NCBI GenBank assembly: GCA_964611315.1
Contig: CAZSYW010000001.1
Coordinates: 3,353-67,352 of the forward strand
Reading direction: 5' to 3'
Length of the DNA stretch: 64,000 nt
DNA from: an uncultured Rhodospirillaceae bacterium
Lineage (GTDB): Bacteria; Pseudomonadota; Alphaproteobacteria; UBA7887
How positions within the stretch are numbered: the stretch's first letter is position 1; each line of letters opens with the position of its first letter. Of this stretch, positions 1 to 11,009 are shown one piece after another. Under the pieces are notes generated by a model that worked only from the letters and a program-made list of their open reading frames with translations, searched no databases and was not told the DNA's origin. Both the position numbers and the translations under genes were made by a program.

Positions 1-1647
1 CCCGGCGCGCACGCTCCCATGGCAAGCCATCGTGCTACAAACCTCTTCAAGGCGCTCCCTCAGAGGAAGGGTAAGAGAGAAGTCGTCGATTTCTTCTGCC
101 AGATCCTGCACCAGCCCGAGAACATCTACCTCGCCAAGAAGAGCCGGTGTTTCCCGAACCAACACAGCGCCGTCCCCGAAAGGCTCGAGCGCCAAGCCTA
201 ACTCCACCAATTGTTTTGAACGCGCGCACAGTCTGTCCGCAAGCCCGGCATCGAGCTCGACTACCTCCGGTATTAGAAGCAACTGCCGCGCAACCCCTTC
301 TTCGGAAAGTGACCGCTTCATCCGTTCGTAGACTAGTCTTTCATGCGCCGCATGCTGATCAACTATCACCAATCCATCAGCCGTTTGGGCAACAACATAT
401 GTATCATGAAGTTGACCACGCGCCGCACCTAGCGGGAAAGAATCCGAAACATCACCCTCTATAATCTCTTCATTGATCGCCACGGGCACCGCTGTTGACA
501 TCAAGGCGCCCTGGCCAACCTCTGCAGACCGGGACCCTTTTTCGTGAGAAGCATTTGGTATGCCAGGAGCCGAAAAAATAGCTCCGGGCGCTTCACGCTG
601 CATTGCTCCTAACGCAGCCTGCGAGACGGTTGTCGAGGCGCGGTGCCCTGCAACATCGAGTCCATGGCGCAGCGCCCCAACAATTAAACCTCTGACCGTT
701 CCAGGTTCCCGGAATCGTACCTCTGCTTTCGCAGGATGAACATTCACATCCACAGAAGAGGGATGCAGCTCAATAAATAGAGCAGCCAAAGGGTGTCGAC
801 CGCGGGGCAACAAATCATGATACGCAGCCTTTAGAGCTCCAAAAATTAACTTGTCGCGCACGGGCCTTCCGTTGACAAACAGGAACTGCAGGCGAGCGTT
901 GCCCCGATTGAGTGTAGGTAAGCTAGCGTACCCAGTTAACCTTATGTCGTCTCGTTCCGCCTCCAAAGTAATGGCGTTGTCCGCGAAATCCCTACCCATT
1001 ATCTCAGCAAGTCGATTCAAACGCACTTCCATCAATTCGCCCTGCGTAGCATCGTAATGGAGCCGGGTTCGGTCATCGCTTATCAACGTAAACGTAATGT
1101 CGGGGCGAGCCATAGCAAGTTGATTCACCACGTCAGTGATTGCCATCGCCTCAGCACGCGAGGTTTTCATAAATTTAAGCCGAGCGGGTGTTGCAAAAAA
1201 TAAATCCCGAACCTTAATCAAGCTACCGGAACCAAAAGCTGCTGGCATCACGTTACCACTGACGCCAGCCTCTACTTCCAGCGTCCAGGCCTGATCAGCA
1301 CCCTTCCCGCGGCTCGTGATCGTTAATCGACTGACAGCCCCGATGGCGGGAAGAGCCTCACCGCGGAATCCAAGCCAACGAATTTCCGTAAGATCGTCTC
1401 CTTGCAACTTGGAGGTCACATGTCTGGTGACAGCGAGCGGCAACTCTTCAGCAGTCATGCCGCACCCATCATCCGCCACCGATATCAATGTTTTGCCGCC
1501 GTCGCGTAATGCAACTACTATTTTCCTGGCGCTGGCGTCTACCGCATTTTCGACCAACTCTTTAACGGCCGCAGCGGGCCGCTCGACCACCTCACCAGCC
1601 GCAATTCTATTGACCAATCCCTCGGGCAAGTGGCGAAGTTCGGTCAT
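1..1647 (-). CDS. mutL: DNA mismatch repair protein MutL (C-terminus outside window)
   Basis: The minus-strand frame from ATG 1647 has an SD-like AAGGGAG just upstream. It reads [38 protein letters not shown] and later [12 protein letters not shown], both MutL motifs. The frame stays open to nt 1. It is absent from the ORF track because no stop lies in the window. Confidence 0.85.
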   Translation of the reverse strand, partial: MTELRHLPEGLVNRIAAGEVVERPAAAVKELVENAVDASARKIVVALRDGGKTLISVADDGCGMTAEELPLAVTRHVTSKLQGDDLTEIRWLGFRGEALPAIGAVSRLTITSRGKGADQAWTLEVEAGVSGNVMPAAFGSGSLIKVRDLFFATPARLKFMKTSRAEAMAITDVVNQLAMARPDITFTLISDDRTRLHYDATQGELMEVRLNRLAEIMGRDFADNAITLEAERDDIRLTGYASLPTLNRGNARLQFLFVNGRPVRDKLIFGALKAAYHDLLPRGRHPLAALFIELHPSSVDVNVHPAKAEVRFREPGTVRGLIVGALRHGLDVAGHRASTTVSQAALGAMQREAPGAIFSAPGIPNASHEKGSRSAEVGQGALMSTAVPVAINEEIIEGDVSDSFPLGAARGQLHDTYVVAQTADGLVIVDQHAAHERLVYERMKRSLSEEGVARQLLLIPEVVELDAGLADRLCARSKQLVELGLALEPFGDGAVLVRETPALLGEVDVLGLVQDLAEEIDDFSLTLPLRERLEEVCSTMACHGSVRAG

Positions 1648-1655
1648 GCTCTCCC

Positions 1656-2969
1656 TTACTCACCTTTAACCAGGTAGTCACGCGCCCAACTTTTCCCCTG
1701 TTCGACGGCTGGCTGGTCGAAGGCATTGACACCTAATAGGTCCGCTATAAGGACTACTTCCAACATAAAATGCATGAGAAGCGCCCCCAAGGTCTCTTCC
1801 GTTAATATATCAATATGAAGTCGCCGCACGGGTCGTCTTCTTTTGTCCAACGCTTCTGCGGTCGCCCGATATTCCGCTGCCATTAAGTCACCAATCGTGT
1901 GGGCACGAAAATCACCAAACGCTGGATCATCCGCCAGAGAACAGTCGATTTGACTGCCAAGTCCCAGGGTATCGATTGTTATGAACGTGAACATTTTATC
2001 AGGCGGACCATCAAGATAAAGCTGAAGCTGGCTGTGCTGGTCCACAGTGCCAAGCGCATTTAGCGGGGTTATGCCAACACCGTTTTTACCCAGCGATTCG
2101 GCGAAAAGTTGCCGATGCCAGAGCGCGAAGTTTTGAAGGCGATCACAATACGGCATTAATACATTCGAAGTGACGCCGTGCTTCTTGGCTAGAGCTACGA
2201 TCAACGCCGCCCCACACGCGGGTCCTGAGTCCCGAGGGTGACCCGCTTCGAGTGTGGATGTCAGGACAGCCTGAGACCCCGACAATACCGCCTTGCTGTC
2301 GACGCCGACAATCATCGCTGGCAATTGCCCCACCAGCGAGAGAACAGAAAACCGGCCCCCTATTCCAGGATGGTGGTCGAGAACCGGGAGAGATAAACTC
2401 ATAGCACAGCGCCTAAGAGCACTATCGCCAGGCGCCGTAATCACAACAAATTGGTCAGCCAGCGCGACCTTTCCGCACAACTTAGAAACAGCTTCTAGGC
2501 AAACCAAAAACTGGCTGATAGTGGAAGGCGTTTCCCCCGATTTACTGATCGTGATAAAAACTGTGTTCGCAAGATCAAGACCCGAAAGCAAACGATCCAT
2601 GCTATGTGGGTCTATATTATCAAAAAAATGGACCTGATGTTTTCTCGAACGGGCAAGTGGATCTTCAGCCAATGAAACCAAAGTGCGGCCACCGAGGCTA
2701 GAACCACCGGTACCAAGGACTACGATCTCGCTCGCGCGGCATCGGATTTTTTCAGCTAAATTAAACGCCGCCCCTAATCCAGCATTTTGAATAGGCAGAT
2801 TCAAAAACGGCATTTCATCGTTCGCGTGCGCTTCCCGTAAACGCTTTAAGGCGGGCGCACAACCATTTAGCGCGTCCTCAAATGCACGGCCAGACAGCCA
2901 AGTCGCGTCAGGTCCTCGCGCGATACAACCGCTAATGTCTTGTTGGTATCTCACGCCAAGCACCCTCAC
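1656..2969 (-). CDS. pgi: glucose-6-phosphate isomerase (short type)
   Basis: 437 aa ORF with SIS/PGI motifs [10 protein letters not shown] and [11 protein letters not shown]. The stop lies 8 nt before the mutL start. Confidence 0.85.
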   Translation of the reverse strand: MRVLGVRYQQDISGCIARGPDATWLSGRAFEDALNGCAPALKRLREAHANDEMPFLNLPIQNAGLGAAFNLAEKIRCRASEIVVLGTGGSSLGGRTLVSLAEDPLARSRKHQVHFFDNIDPHSMDRLLSGLDLANTVFITISKSGETPSTISQFLVCLEAVSKLCGKVALADQFVVITAPGDSALRRCAMSLSLPVLDHHPGIGGRFSVLSLVGQLPAMIVGVDSKAVLSGSQAVLTSTLEAGHPRDSGPACGAALIVALAKKHGVTSNVLMPYCDRLQNFALWHRQLFAESLGKNGVGITPLNALGTVDQHSQLQLYLDGPPDKMFTFITIDTLGLGSQIDCSLADDPAFGDFRAHTIGDLMAAEYRATAEALDKRRRPVRRLHIDILTEETLGALLMHFMLEVVLIADLLGVNAFDQPAVEQGKSWARDYLVKGE

Positions 2970-3153
2970 CGGTTTTGGACGGTTATTTTGTAGTTTGCCC
3001 TATTTTTTGAAGCCCGGTGGCACTTCAATTGTTCATCGCCACTTCAATTCTCATTTAAAACATCTTATTCGTTAAAATGCCAAGTCATCATCCTGCCGAA
3101 AATATTTTCATAAACCCACAAGCGGACGGGGACGGGCGTGCTCCTGAGAAGCG

Positions 3154-3699
3154 TTACTCTTTCCGCTTGATTGTCGGAGACTCACCGTAGGTAACCGGCA
3201 GCCCGGCAGAGGCGTTTTTGCGCAGTCGCTCTGCCTCGGCGACTGGATCGACAATCAGGTCGTCCTCCTCGTGACCCTCCCAAAACATTAAGTCATCAAT
3301 GAATCTGTCATCCTCCACCATGTACGCTCCGTTTTCCCTGTCAATAATTTGACGGATCCCACGGTCAATATTGGCTGCTCCAGCACCAGCGAGAAGCGCC
3401 ATCTCCCCAGTCGAATGCTCTGATGAAGATCCCTCAGCTAACCCCAACAGAATCCGCTCCGCCTGCCGGCGAAGTTCAACGTACTGGTCTCTGATGGCCC
3501 CAGGCGTAGGCGGGCGCAGGTCAAAATTTGGGGGCAGAGAAAGAGGCGCGCGTTCCACGACGAGGTACTCGTCCGGAGCTTGTTTCTCCAAACCGAGCGT
3601 TTGCCGCGCGTCCTGAAGACTACATGATGCGAGGCATATCGCAACCTGAGCCATCAAGCCACTTTTCAGCCAGAACCCGCGGGACTTGCAAGCATTCAT
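3154..3699 (-). CDS. DUF3035-like lipoprotein
   Basis: 181 aa with lipobox LASC after a hydrophobic N-terminus. It overlaps the lspA stop by 4 nt. The DUF3035 assignment is from memory of family-typical sequence (LVVERAPLSLPP). Confidence 0.6.
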   Translation of the reverse strand: MNACKSRGFWLKSGLMAQVAICLASCSLQDARQTLGLEKQAPDEYLVVERAPLSLPPNFDLRPPTPGAIRDQYVELRRQAERILLGLAEGSSSEHSTGEMALLAGAGAANIDRGIRQIIDRENGAYMVEDDRFIDDLMFWEGHEEDDLIVDPVAEAERLRKNASAGLPVTYGESPTIKRKE

Positions 3700-4175
3700 T
3701 CTATACCCCGTTTATCGTGTCCACGTCGTTCCATCAATGACGACAAGACAAAAAGAGCAACGCCAATAGTAATAGCGCTATCTGCAATATTAAAAGCCGG
3801 CCAGTGCCAAGCGTAAAGGTGAAAATCCAAAAAATCCACGACGGCCTTGTAGACCAACCTGTCAATGACATTACCGAGCGCCCCCCCAATGATCATGCCC
3901 AATGCTATACGGACATATTGGCCTTCAGCGCTAGCAAGCCACCGTAACAGTATAAAAGATATAATCAGGGCTAGAGCTATTAAAGTCCATCGAGTAAACG
4001 AATCATCGCTGGCAAAAAACCCGAAGGTTATCCCGGTATTTAGAACCAGCACTAGGTTAAGAAAAGGAGTCACTGGGAAACCCTGATACGGAGCAAGCAC
4101 AGTCATAACCGCAAACTTGCTGATTTGGTCAACGACAATAACCGAAGCTGCTATGCCCAAACCGAAATACATCAT
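3696..4175 (-). CDS. lspA: lipoprotein signal peptidase II
   Basis: 159 aa polytopic protein with motifs NTGITFGF, VVDFLDF and FNIADSAI. It sits downstream of ileS, the classic ileS-lspA arrangement. Confidence 0.9.
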   Translation of the reverse strand: MMYFGLGIAASVIVVDQISKFAVMTVLAPYQGFPVTPFLNLVLVLNTGITFGFFASDDSFTRWTLIALALIISFILLRWLASAEGQYVRIALGMIIGGALGNVIDRLVYKAVVDFLDFHLYAWHWPAFNIADSAITIGVALFVLSSLMERRGHDKRGIE

Positions 4176-4183
4176 ACCTCAGG

Positions 4184-7000
4184 CTAGGAGATTGAGGACC
4201 GAACGACCGATAAACAACGTTCGCACAAATCCGGGTGATCCTCATATGAACCAACGCTATCCAAGTGTTGCCAACATCGGCCGCATTTTCCACCCCGCGC
4301 CTTGGTCACACTGATGGCAAAACCAGGGACTTCGTCCAACCTAAATGCCTCCGGCGGAGCCTCCGCCGAGGACCAAGAAACCTCTGATGCAATGGCAAGT
4401 TCTGCCATATCTAAGGTGTTCCCCAGGTGATCTTCCTCAGAACCCGAATAAAAAATGCATACCGAGGCCTCAAGGCTGGATCCAATTCGTTTCTCGGCTC
4501 GTTCTAATTCGAGCGCTCCCGTGACGAGGCGCCGAATTGCTCGCACCCTGTTCCACTTCGCCTCCAGTTCCTGATCCTTCCACACTTCCGGAAGGTCTGG
4601 GAAAAGACGCAAGTGAACGCTGTCGTCTTCGGATGGGAAACGAGAGAGCCACGCCTCTTCGGACGTAAATGGCAAAGCGGGAGCTAACCAAGCCGTTAAA
4701 CAGTGAAACAAGTGATCAAGCACTGTCCTAGCTGCCCGCCGGCGTCGACTGTCCAACACATCGCAATAAAGTGCATCCTTTCGAACATCAAAGTAGAATG
4801 CCGAAAGATCAGTTGCACAAAAATTATGCAGCGCACTATAAAAAGTGTGAAACGCGTATTCATCGATGGCGGAACGGAGCATCCCGTTAAGATCGTGTAA
4901 ACGATGCAGGATCCAGCGTTCCAGCTCCGGCAAGTCAGTGAATGGCAATCGTTCTGCTTCGTCGAAATCCTTCAAATTCCCCAACAAATAGCGCAATGTA
5001 TTGCGGAGACGACGATAGCTATCAACCAAGCCCTTAACAATTTCAGGCCCGATGCGCATGTCCTCGGTATAATCAGTGGTCGCGACCCAAAGACGAAGGA
5101 TGTCCGCTCCACTTTGCTCAATTACACGCTGGGGTGCGATTACGTTCCCTAGCGATTTAGACATTTTGCGGCCCTTACCATCCATCACGAAACCGTGAGT
5201 AAGGACCTCCAGGTATGGCGCGGAACCTCGTGTGCCGCAGGCTTCGAGAAGCGATGAATGAAACCAACCACGATGCTGGTCGGATCCCTCCACGTAGAGG
5301 TTTGCGGGCCACGCCTGAGTTTCATCAGACTCAAGCACAAAACTGTGGGTGGAGCCAGAATCAAACCAGACATCGAGAATGTCCTTAACTTGATGGAAAT
5401 CCTCAGGATCGCGACCTGGACCCAAAAAGAGACCAGGGTCCGCAGTAAACCAAATGTCTGCACCATCTTTTTCCACGGCCTTCGCCACACGGTCAATAAC
5501 CTCAGGATCACGCAGTGGCTTCCCGGTTTTCTTATCTACGAACACCGCAATTGGGACCCCCCAGGCACGTTGACGCGACACACACCAATCGGGCCGCGCC
5601 TCCACCATTCCACGGATACGATTGAGGCCAGTTGCTGGAACCCATCTCGTTTCATCTATTGCACGAAGCGCAGTAGCTCGCAGGCCCGATTCATCCATAT
5701 TGATGAACCACTGGGGTGTGTTCCGAAATATGATTGGTTTTTTTGATCGCCAAGAATGCGGGTAGGAATGGACGTAGCTCTCGCTTGCCACCAACTTCCC
5801 GTATTCCTGGAGTTGTAAAATGACGTCCGGATTAACTTTATAAACATGCGCCCCGCCAAACAGAGGTATTCCCGGAAGAAACGCACCGCTATCACTAACG
5901 GTCTCAGGAACTTCGAGGCCGTGCCGTCTCCCAAGTTCAAAGTCGTCAGCTCCGTGACCCGGTGCAATGTGGACAAATCCAGTACCCTGTTCTGTGGAAA
6001 CAAAATCGCCTCCGAACAATGGCGCTTCGGTGGGGTATCCCGCTTTAAAGAGGGGATGATGGGTGAGAGTTCCTGAGAGCTCTTCCCCAAGAATTTTGGA
6101 AACTAGCCGCCACTTCTCTACACCCGCTCGCTCCGCAAAAGCTTCAGCTAACGCCTCAGCTAACACCACCCTCTCACCTTGGACCATCAATGACGAGGGC
6201 TTGATGGCCTCAATCTCGTATACCCCGTACACAATGTCAGGACCAAACGCGACTGCTCTATTACCAGGGATGGTCCACGGAGTAGTCGTCCAAATGACGA
6301 TTGACGAACCCTTAAGCGCGTCACCAGGTCCCTTTACAACAGGAAACCGCACGTAGATTGCCGTCGACGTAATGTCTTTATACTCTACCTCGGCTTCAGC
6401 CAACGCCGTCTTTTCAACAGGTGACCACATCACTGGCTTAGAGCCCTTGTACAATCCCCCATTTATCAAAAATTTTCCTAACTCACGTACAATCTGAGCC
6501 TCTGCTCCAAAACTCATCGTTAGGTAAGGGCGGTCCCAGGCGCCAAGAACCGCAAGGCGCTTAAAGTCCGCCATTTGAGCTCGGATCCAATGGTCCGCAT
6601 AAGCGCGGCATTCTTTTCTAAATTCCACGACTGGAACAGAATCTTTGGACTCACCTTTCCGTCGATATTCCTGCTCAATTTGCCATTCTATGGGAAGCCC
6701 GTGACAGTCCCAGCCCGGAATGAAATGTGCGTCATAGCCCATCATTTGGCGGCTGCGGTTCACCATGTCCTTAAGAATTTTATTCATTGCTGTACCGATA
6801 TGAATCGGACCATTCGCGTAAGGTGGACCATCGTGCAAAATGAACTTCTCGCTGCCACTCGCGGCTTCTCGCAAACGCGACCACAGACGTATTTTCTCCC
6901 AACGATCAAGTAATTTCGGCTCACTTGCAGGCAGCCCTGCCTTCATGGGGAAGTCAGTCCGAGGCAAAGATAATGTTGTTTTGTATTCAGCAGTTTCCAT
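4184..7000 (-). CDS. ileS: isoleucine--tRNA ligase
   Basis: 938 aa with a HIGH-type motif (PPYANGPIHIGTAMN), KMSKS (KMSKSLGN) and a C-terminal Zn-finger Cys pattern (CGRCW...CERC). Confidence 0.95.
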   Translation of the reverse strand: METAEYKTTLSLPRTDFPMKAGLPASEPKLLDRWEKIRLWSRLREAASGSEKFILHDGPPYANGPIHIGTAMNKILKDMVNRSRQMMGYDAHFIPGWDCHGLPIEWQIEQEYRRKGESKDSVPVVEFRKECRAYADHWIRAQMADFKRLAVLGAWDRPYLTMSFGAEAQIVRELGKFLINGGLYKGSKPVMWSPVEKTALAEAEVEYKDITSTAIYVRFPVVKGPGDALKGSSIVIWTTTPWTIPGNRAVAFGPDIVYGVYEIEAIKPSSLMVQGERVVLAEALAEAFAERAGVEKWRLVSKILGEELSGTLTHHPLFKAGYPTEAPLFGGDFVSTEQGTGFVHIAPGHGADDFELGRRHGLEVPETVSDSGAFLPGIPLFGGAHVYKVNPDVILQLQEYGKLVASESYVHSYPHSWRSKKPIIFRNTPQWFINMDESGLRATALRAIDETRWVPATGLNRIRGMVEARPDWCVSRQRAWGVPIAVFVDKKTGKPLRDPEVIDRVAKAVEKDGADIWFTADPGLFLGPGRDPEDFHQVKDILDVWFDSGSTHSFVLESDETQAWPANLYVEGSDQHRGWFHSSLLEACGTRGSAPYLEVLTHGFVMDGKGRKMSKSLGNVIAPQRVIEQSGADILRLWVATTDYTEDMRIGPEIVKGLVDSYRRLRNTLRYLLGNLKDFDEAERLPFTDLPELERWILHRLHDLNGMLRSAIDEYAFHTFYSALHNFCATDLSAFYFDVRKDALYCDVLDSRRRRAARTVLDHLFHCLTAWLAPALPFTSEEAWLSRFPSEDDSVHLRLFPDLPEVWKDQELEAKWNRVRAIRRLVTGALELERAEKRIGSSLEASVCIFYSGSEEDHLGNTLDMAELAIASEVSWSSAEAPPEAFRLDEVPGFAISVTKARGGKCGRCWQHLDSVGSYEDHPDLCERCLSVVRSSIS

Positions 7001-7060
7001 CGTTTATGTTTTACCTGGGATCAATCGGCGCATGAAAGGTTTTCTACGGCAGTGTCTTGA

Positions 7061-8038
7061 TTATTTCGTGAGCACCGCACTCCACATTTCGGTGGGCGGT
7101 TCTGATTTTGCCAACGTAACCTCTGCAACTCTGACGTCCTCGTTCATTTGTTTGATCAGAGAATCAAGACTCTCAAACTTTTCCTCTGACCGGATCCAAC
7201 TAACAAAGGCGACGCGCAAATATTTTCCATAGAGGTCACCGTCATAGTCAATCAGGTGGACCTCAAGTATCGGGGCGGTAAGTTGAAACATTGGCCGAAT
7301 GCCGACGTTAGCCACCGCAGCATACCATTCTGTTTTCTCATTAATAATTACTCCACACCATACTGCGTATATTCCGTAACCAGGAATAACATGATCTCTA
7401 AACTCAATATTGGCAGTTGGGTACCCTAGCTCCCTGCCACGCGCGTCCCCGCGGATCACCCGCGCCTCTACTTCCCACATATGCCCAAGGATTGCCGCCG
7501 CAAGGTGTGGCTCTCCATGACGCAAATAAGAGCGCACTCGGGTTGACGAATAGAGGCCGCCAGCGCTCCCTATAGCTGATACCTCAGTAACACCAAAACC
7601 CAAAGCCTCGCCGGCTTGGACAAGAAATCTGGAATCACCAGCTCGCCCCTTTCCAAATTGATAATCGTGACCAACTACCACGTGGTGCACACCCAGGCCG
7701 TCTACCAAAACCTCGCGGACAAAATTCTCCGGCGTTTTCTTGCTAAAATCACTAGAAAACGGCAGCATGTAAAGGATTTCAATGCCACATTCGCGCAATC
7801 TTCTCACCTTGCCCCTAAATGGCGATAAACGTCGGGGCGATGTCTCTGGTCTAAGCACCGTTATGGGATGCGGCTCGAAGGTTAGCACCGCAAGCGGAAC
7901 ACTTTTCGCCCGCGCTAATTCAGCAGCACAGTCAATCACTCCACGATGTCCCAGGTGAACGCCATCAAAGTTACCTATGGCCACTACGGCACCACGAAAG
8001 GACCCCAACAAAGTTTTATATCGACGGATTATGTGCAT
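7061..8038 (-). CDS. ribF: bifunctional riboflavin kinase / FAD synthetase
   Basis: 325 aa. The N-terminus has GNFDGVHLGHRGVI (FAD synthetase motif). The C-terminal riboflavin kinase part has GYPTANI. It lies upstream of ileS. Confidence 0.9.
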   Translation of the reverse strand: MHIIRRYKTLLGSFRGAVVAIGNFDGVHLGHRGVIDCAAELARAKSVPLAVLTFEPHPITVLRPETSPRRLSPFRGKVRRLRECGIEILYMLPFSSDFSKKTPENFVREVLVDGLGVHHVVVGHDYQFGKGRAGDSRFLVQAGEALGFGVTEVSAIGSAGGLYSSTRVRSYLRHGEPHLAAAILGHMWEVEARVIRGDARGRELGYPTANIEFRDHVIPGYGIYAVWCGVIINEKTEWYAAVANVGIRPMFQLTAPILEVHLIDYDGDLYGKYLRVAFVSWIRSEEKFESLDSLIKQMNEDVRVAEVTLAKSEPPTEMWSAVLTK

Positions 8039-8158
8039 TTCCTAGCGGCTCTAGCTTAATAAAGCGCAACACGCAAATAGAGCCTGTCGACCATGCACCT
8101 GCTCCAGCAAACGGATACCGCAACAATGCTAATTTGCTAGTTGTTTTGTAGCGTTAAA

Positions 8159-9703
8159 TCAAAGGGACCTGAGAAAAGTGATCAGAGCATTACGATCGTC
8201 CTCCGGCATTAAGCGCACTAATTCGCGCGCGGCCGCAGCCTCTCCACCGTGCCACAGCACGGCTTCCATTAGCCCACGCGCGCGACCATCATGCAGAAAG
8301 AACCGGTGCAGGTTGACGCGCTGAACCAGCCCAATTCCCCAAAGTGGCGGTGTACGCCACTCCCGACCGGACGCTTCAAAATCTGGGCGCCCATCAGCCA
8401 ATCCCTCACCCATATCATGAAGTAAAAGATCTGTGTAGGGATGGATGCTTTGTTCTGCCAATTCAGGTATCGCGGCTCTATCACTTGTGTGCAAGTTTTG
8501 CGTGTGACACCCCGTACAACCCGCTGAAACAAACAGTGCCTCGCCTCGGCGCACGGTTGGTTCTTCTATGTCACGCCGGGCCGGTACTGCCAACGCACGA
8601 GCGTACAGCACTAGTTTCTCGAGACGCTCATCGTCAAGTTCCGGTACTCCACCATTAGGGGCCAATTCACACTCCGTCTGCGGAACGGGACAGTTTTGGG
8701 TCGGGAAAAGCGATGTGGTAATACCGATATCGGCTGCCGCAGCACTCGCCACCTGTTGATAGAGGGTCGCCACGTTAGCTTTCCAACCAAACCGACCAAG
8801 CGCAACTCTTTTAGCCGCAGGATCCCATACTCGATTGACCCGGCCAGAAATTCCGTCACCATCAACGTCATCCGGATCAGCAAGAGCTTCTATCACCGTC
8901 TCTTCGACTGCTTCTAACAAGCCGAGCCCATGTGTTGCCGGAGCCACACGTGGTGAAAACATAGCGTCGCGCCCAAGCGGCCCATGATTTAGTTCAGGGA
9001 ATTCATAAATTGGCGCACGCAGAGAGTACGGCTGCCCGTCCGCAAACGCCCCAGGAATTTCACGATAACGTATGGTTGCCCGTCCCTCTTTTGGTACACC
9101 GAGGATACCTTTGTCCTGGAGTTGAGAACCATAACTTGGGTGGGGTGTGGGGGCTCCATTTTCACCCACACCAGGCACACTTAATCGAACTACCATCGCC
9201 TTCATTGGTTCTTCGGGACTTTTAGGCGGACGTCCACGCCCGTCCTTCAAGTGGCAGCCTGAACAAGACACCCGGTTGAACGTGGGACCCAGCCCATCCA
9301 GACTTTCCACTGACGCCGGCGCGATCACCCAATTGCGACGAAACAGGTGGCGCCCAAAAGCAAATGCCCGGAGGCGACTGGGATCGAGATTAGCTAGTGG
9401 AGCAGAAAATGCCTCACGGGTATCTAGATAAGTCGTGGTGGAACCACCAGAAAGAGCTGTAGGCGCAAAAGTATTCAATGAGACTGGATCTGCTAAATTA
9501 TGCCAAACCCAGCGATTCCAATCCATCGCATAGGGCATACCCTTGCCGGGGATATACTCATCCTCTGGGCTCATGGGAAGGACAGGAACATCTGACTGCT
9601 TCCGACGTGTGTCTTCCGCAAAAGAAGAGTTCGTAGCGAATATTGCGACTAAGATCACGCAAAACTGGAGAATACGCGTCAACTCACAACTCCCTGCGAT
9701 CAC
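8159..9703 (-). CDS. di-haem cytochrome c peroxidase-like oxidoreductase (DUF1111 type)
   Basis: 514 aa with an N-terminal signal-like segment and two CxxCH haem motifs (CSGCH, CTGCH). It lies directly downstream of the imelysin gene. Confidence 0.75.
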   Translation of the reverse strand: MIAGSCELTRILQFCVILVAIFATNSSFAEDTRRKQSDVPVLPMSPEDEYIPGKGMPYAMDWNRWVWHNLADPVSLNTFAPTALSGGSTTTYLDTREAFSAPLANLDPSRLRAFAFGRHLFRRNWVIAPASVESLDGLGPTFNRVSCSGCHLKDGRGRPPKSPEEPMKAMVVRLSVPGVGENGAPTPHPSYGSQLQDKGILGVPKEGRATIRYREIPGAFADGQPYSLRAPIYEFPELNHGPLGRDAMFSPRVAPATHGLGLLEAVEETVIEALADPDDVDGDGISGRVNRVWDPAAKRVALGRFGWKANVATLYQQVASAAAADIGITTSLFPTQNCPVPQTECELAPNGGVPELDDERLEKLVLYARALAVPARRDIEEPTVRRGEALFVSAGCTGCHTQNLHTSDRAAIPELAEQSIHPYTDLLLHDMGEGLADGRPDFEASGREWRTPPLWGIGLVQRVNLHRFFLHDGRARGLMEAVLWHGGEAAAARELVRLMPEDDRNALITFLRSL

Positions 9704-9725
9704 ATGTTACCGCGAACCATCATTT

Positions 9726-10928
9726 TCATCTTACTTCACCATCATTTACACCAACTTCAAGACCAAGACGGGCGCTTATTTCCTTTATGAGGATTGCTTG
9801 CGCCATTAGTTGATCCACAGCCAATTCCGCGTCTTGGCGCTGGGTACTGTCAAAAGCTGAAGCCAAGACTAAGTCAAAGGGTGAGTCAATCCTCTTAACC
9901 CGCGCAATGGTCTGAGCCAAACCCTCAATCATACGCCTATTCAAGTCCGGGTCTATCTTTTCAACGAGATCGTCTATGCCAGCACCACGGTAGTCTCCGT
10001 AACGTCCCAGGTAGACGTTCTCTACTCCAAGCGCGTTGTAGAAAAAATCATTGTGGGTATTGTCACTAAAGCAAGAATGCTCATCCTCCGGGTCCCCACT
10101 GTCGAGAGGCACTGCTAAGCGCTCGGACGCCAGTTCAAATTGAGACATACTCAAAAGCCCTATGAGGATTTTAGCCAAGCTCGTATCTGCCGGCATCGCA
10201 CGGAAACTTGCAGCAAAATTATCTGACCCAGGTCGCCACTCGGCGACAAGAAACTCGTGGTCTTCGACCAACTGTTCCGTCACCAATGCAAGGTATTGCC
10301 GCCTCCGATCGTTGAAAATTGAGCCCCCTACAAAATCACTGGCAGGCCGGGCTCCAGGACCCATGTCATTCAAGTCCTGACCCCATAAGAGAAACTCGAT
10401 GGCGTGGTAACCGATCGACACATCACGATCATCCTCGCTCTGATTACTCGACAAAATTGACAACCGGGTGAGGTCTATCGACGCATCATTAATAATACCG
10501 GCTGAGGGATTTCCACGAACGTAGTCAATATAAGCCTCGTTGACAGGCCACGAATTCAGCCTTCCCTCCGGGCCTTCTACATCCGTCACAGAATCGTAAT
10601 AATCAATGGGCCCACCATAAAACCTAAAGGCCTCAGACTGGCCGTAGACCGCTCGGGCCCTCAACCAAGACTCCCTAGCCAGCTTAAGGGATACTTCACT
10701 TGGCGCTTCGAGGAGTACGTGGATCGATTTTTCGAGTTCCCGCACGCGGGTCAAACAGTCCTCATACGTCCGATGAACGAGTTCAGTGTAGCTTTCGATT
10801 TGCGGCTTCGCCGTCCATATATCATTGCTAGCCCGTGAGGACGGCATTAGCATCATGGCGGCAAATGCGACCGTCACCGCCGTAGAGGTAAAACCGGTTA
10901 GATCGAAAGTGCCTCGCAGATAGACCAT
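9726..10928 (-). CDS. imelysin family protein (iron-regulated protein A-like, peptidase M75 fold)
   Basis: Contains the imelysin-typical HAIEFLLWGQD motif and a signal peptide (AAMMLMPSSRA). ATG 10928 is preferred over the track start 10961 (TTG) because of SD AGGAAG 8 nt upstream. Confidence 0.7.
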   Translation of the reverse strand: MVYLRGTFDLTGFTSTAVTVAFAAMMLMPSSRASNDIWTAKPQIESYTELVHRTYEDCLTRVRELEKSIHVLLEAPSEVSLKLARESWLRARAVYGQSEAFRFYGGPIDYYDSVTDVEGPEGRLNSWPVNEAYIDYVRGNPSAGIINDASIDLTRLSILSSNQSEDDRDVSIGYHAIEFLLWGQDLNDMGPGARPASDFVGGSIFNDRRRQYLALVTEQLVEDHEFLVAEWRPGSDNFAASFRAMPADTSLAKILIGLLSMSQFELASERLAVPLDSGDPEDEHSCFSDNTHNDFFYNALGVENVYLGRYGDYRGAGIDDLVEKIDPDLNRRMIEGLAQTIARVKRIDSPFDLVLASAFDSTQRQDAELAVDQLMAQAILIKEISARLGLEVGVNDGEVR

Positions 10929-10990
10929 TTTACACTTCCTGGTTAGATGGTCCTCCTGCAAGACCCATCAGCATGCACAAAAACCTCTCC

Positions 10991-11009
10991 GATAATGCAA
11001 ATCATTCTC
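10991..11009. promoter_or_regulatory. Fur box candidate upstream of the imelysin/di-haem operon
   Basis: GATAATGCAAATCATTCTC matches the 19-bp Fur consensus GATAATGATAATCATTATC at 16/19 positions. It lies 63 nt upstream of ATG 10928 and overlaps -35/-10-like hexamers on the minus strand. Confidence 0.6.
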
